From: an uncultured Bifidobacterium sp.
GTDB taxonomy: Bacteria; Actinomycetota; Actinomycetes; S36-B12; UBA5976
Assembly: GCA_964655115.1 (NCBI GenBank)
Contig: CAZZKM010000008.1
Location: forward strand, 1-41,892
Length of the DNA: 41,892 nucleotides
Direction: 5' to 3'
Positions 41,102 through 41,892 of this stretch are shown here, one piece after another (position 1 is the stretch's first letter; every line of letters starts with the position of its first letter). The notes beneath the pieces are model-generated. The model was not told the origin of the DNA. It did not search any database and saw nothing but the letters and a program-made list of their open reading frames with translations. A program made the position numbers and the translations under genes.

Positions 41102-41892
41102 CTACTTTAGAAAATCCGGTACATCAAGATCATCACTTTCCATGTCGTCAAAGACAACACGTCTTGGTGTTGATGCTGTGGTTACATTAAAAGTTGAACC
41201 AACTACAGGTTGTGGACCTGTGTCATCAGATTTTTTTGAGACAAAGGATGGAATTTCAGGTTCACTTCGATCTACCAATGAAGGTGCTGGTCGTTTATTT
41301 AATAAATCTTTGTCGGCAAAACCTGCAGCTATTACAGTAACTTTTACTTCATCACCTAATGTGTCATCAATAACTGCACCAAAAATAATGTTTGCTTCTG
41401 TAGCTGCCACATTTTGCACAAGTCTTGCTGCTTCATTAATTTCAAATAAACCTAAATCTGATCCGCCAGCTATTGAAAGTAATACGCCTTTTGCACCTTG
41501 AATATCTGCCTCAAGAAGTGGTGAAGCTATCGCATTTTGTGCAGCAATTGCTGCTCTGTTCTCACCTCTAGCTGCACCAATTCCCATTAATGCAGTACCT
41601 GCACCTGACATAACGCTTCGTACATCAGCAAAATCTAAATTGATTAATCCAGGAGTTGTAATCAAATCTGTAATTCCACTAACACCTTGCAGTAAAACAT
41701 GATCTGCTTGTCTAAAAGCTTCAATGACTGAAATATTTCTATCTGCAATTGAAAGCAAACGATCATTTGGAATGACGATTAGAGTGTCCACTTCGTTTCT
41801 TAATGCTTCAACGCCAGATTCTGCTTGTGATATTCTTCTTTTTCCTTCTAAATTAAATGGTGTAGTTACGACACCAATTGTTAAAGCGCCAA
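41102..41892 (-). CDS. ftsZ: cell division protein FtsZ (5' part outside the window)
   Basis: Frame open to the window edge ([19 protein letters not shown]...), [23 protein letters not shown]7 loop, [18 protein letters not shown] tail. Confidence 0.99.
   Translation of the reverse strand, partial: GALTIGVVTTPFNLEGKRRISQAESGVEALRNEVDTLIVIPNDRLLSIADRNISVIEAFRQADHVLLQGVSGITDLITTPGLINLDFADVRSVMSGAGTALMGIGAARGENRAAIAAQNAIASPLLEADIQGAKGVLLSIAGGSDLGLFEINEAARLVQNVAATEANIIFGAVIDDTLGDEVKVTVIAAGFADKDLLNKRPAPSLVDRSEPEIPSFVSKKSDDTGPQPVVGSTFNVTTASTPRRVVFDDMESDDLDVPDFLK

Noticed and set aside
2761-41501. Numerous 60-165 aa ORFs antisense to or nested in the housekeeping genes (e.g. 2761-3240, 6114-6473, 16670-17137, 26483-26908, 29424-29921, 41142-41501)
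   Set aside because: They lie essentially within well-conserved genes, have no recognisable motifs, and show the composition typical of antisense shadows
1-41892. Search for CRISPR arrays, tandem repeats, IS/integrase genes, tRNAs, inteins, frameshifted genes or stop-codon recoding
   Set aside because: No spacer exceeds about 90 nt, all genes look full length under the standard bacterial code, and no such patterns were seen by eye

Overview
Gene-dense, low-GC (by eye about the mid-30s %) housekeeping region with the gene content and order of an actinobacterium (Streptomyces/Frankia-like synteny, streamlined; a Nanopelagicales-like lineage is plausible but is inference). Reading the minus strand right to left: end of the dcw cluster (ftsZ partial, pgeF, yggS, sepF, yggT, divIVA), an inverted type-2 ileS, lspA-rluD-dnaE, a divergent stand-alone Lon-N domain gene, the his cluster (hisD-hisB-hisH-priA-hisF, no hisC), a TIGR03085-like gene, hisI-trpE-HGxxPAAW-trpC-trpB-trpA, dsbA-lgt-VIT1, gltB-gltD, pyk, and a pyr operon (pyrR-pyrB-pyrC-carA-carB-pyrK-pyrD-pyrF partial). 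No mobile element, CRISPR array, tRNA/rRNA, intein or defence system is visible, and I see no convincing new multi-gene system. The unexplained signals lie in the few short intergenic spacers. These are a clear PyrR-binding RNA that hides the pyrR SD, a candidate switch-like RNA leader in front of gltB (best candidate for something undescribed), hairpin/uORF arrangements before lspA, dnaE, sepF and hisB, and repeated leaderless-promoter signatures. IleRS carries the non-canonical GAHH signature.
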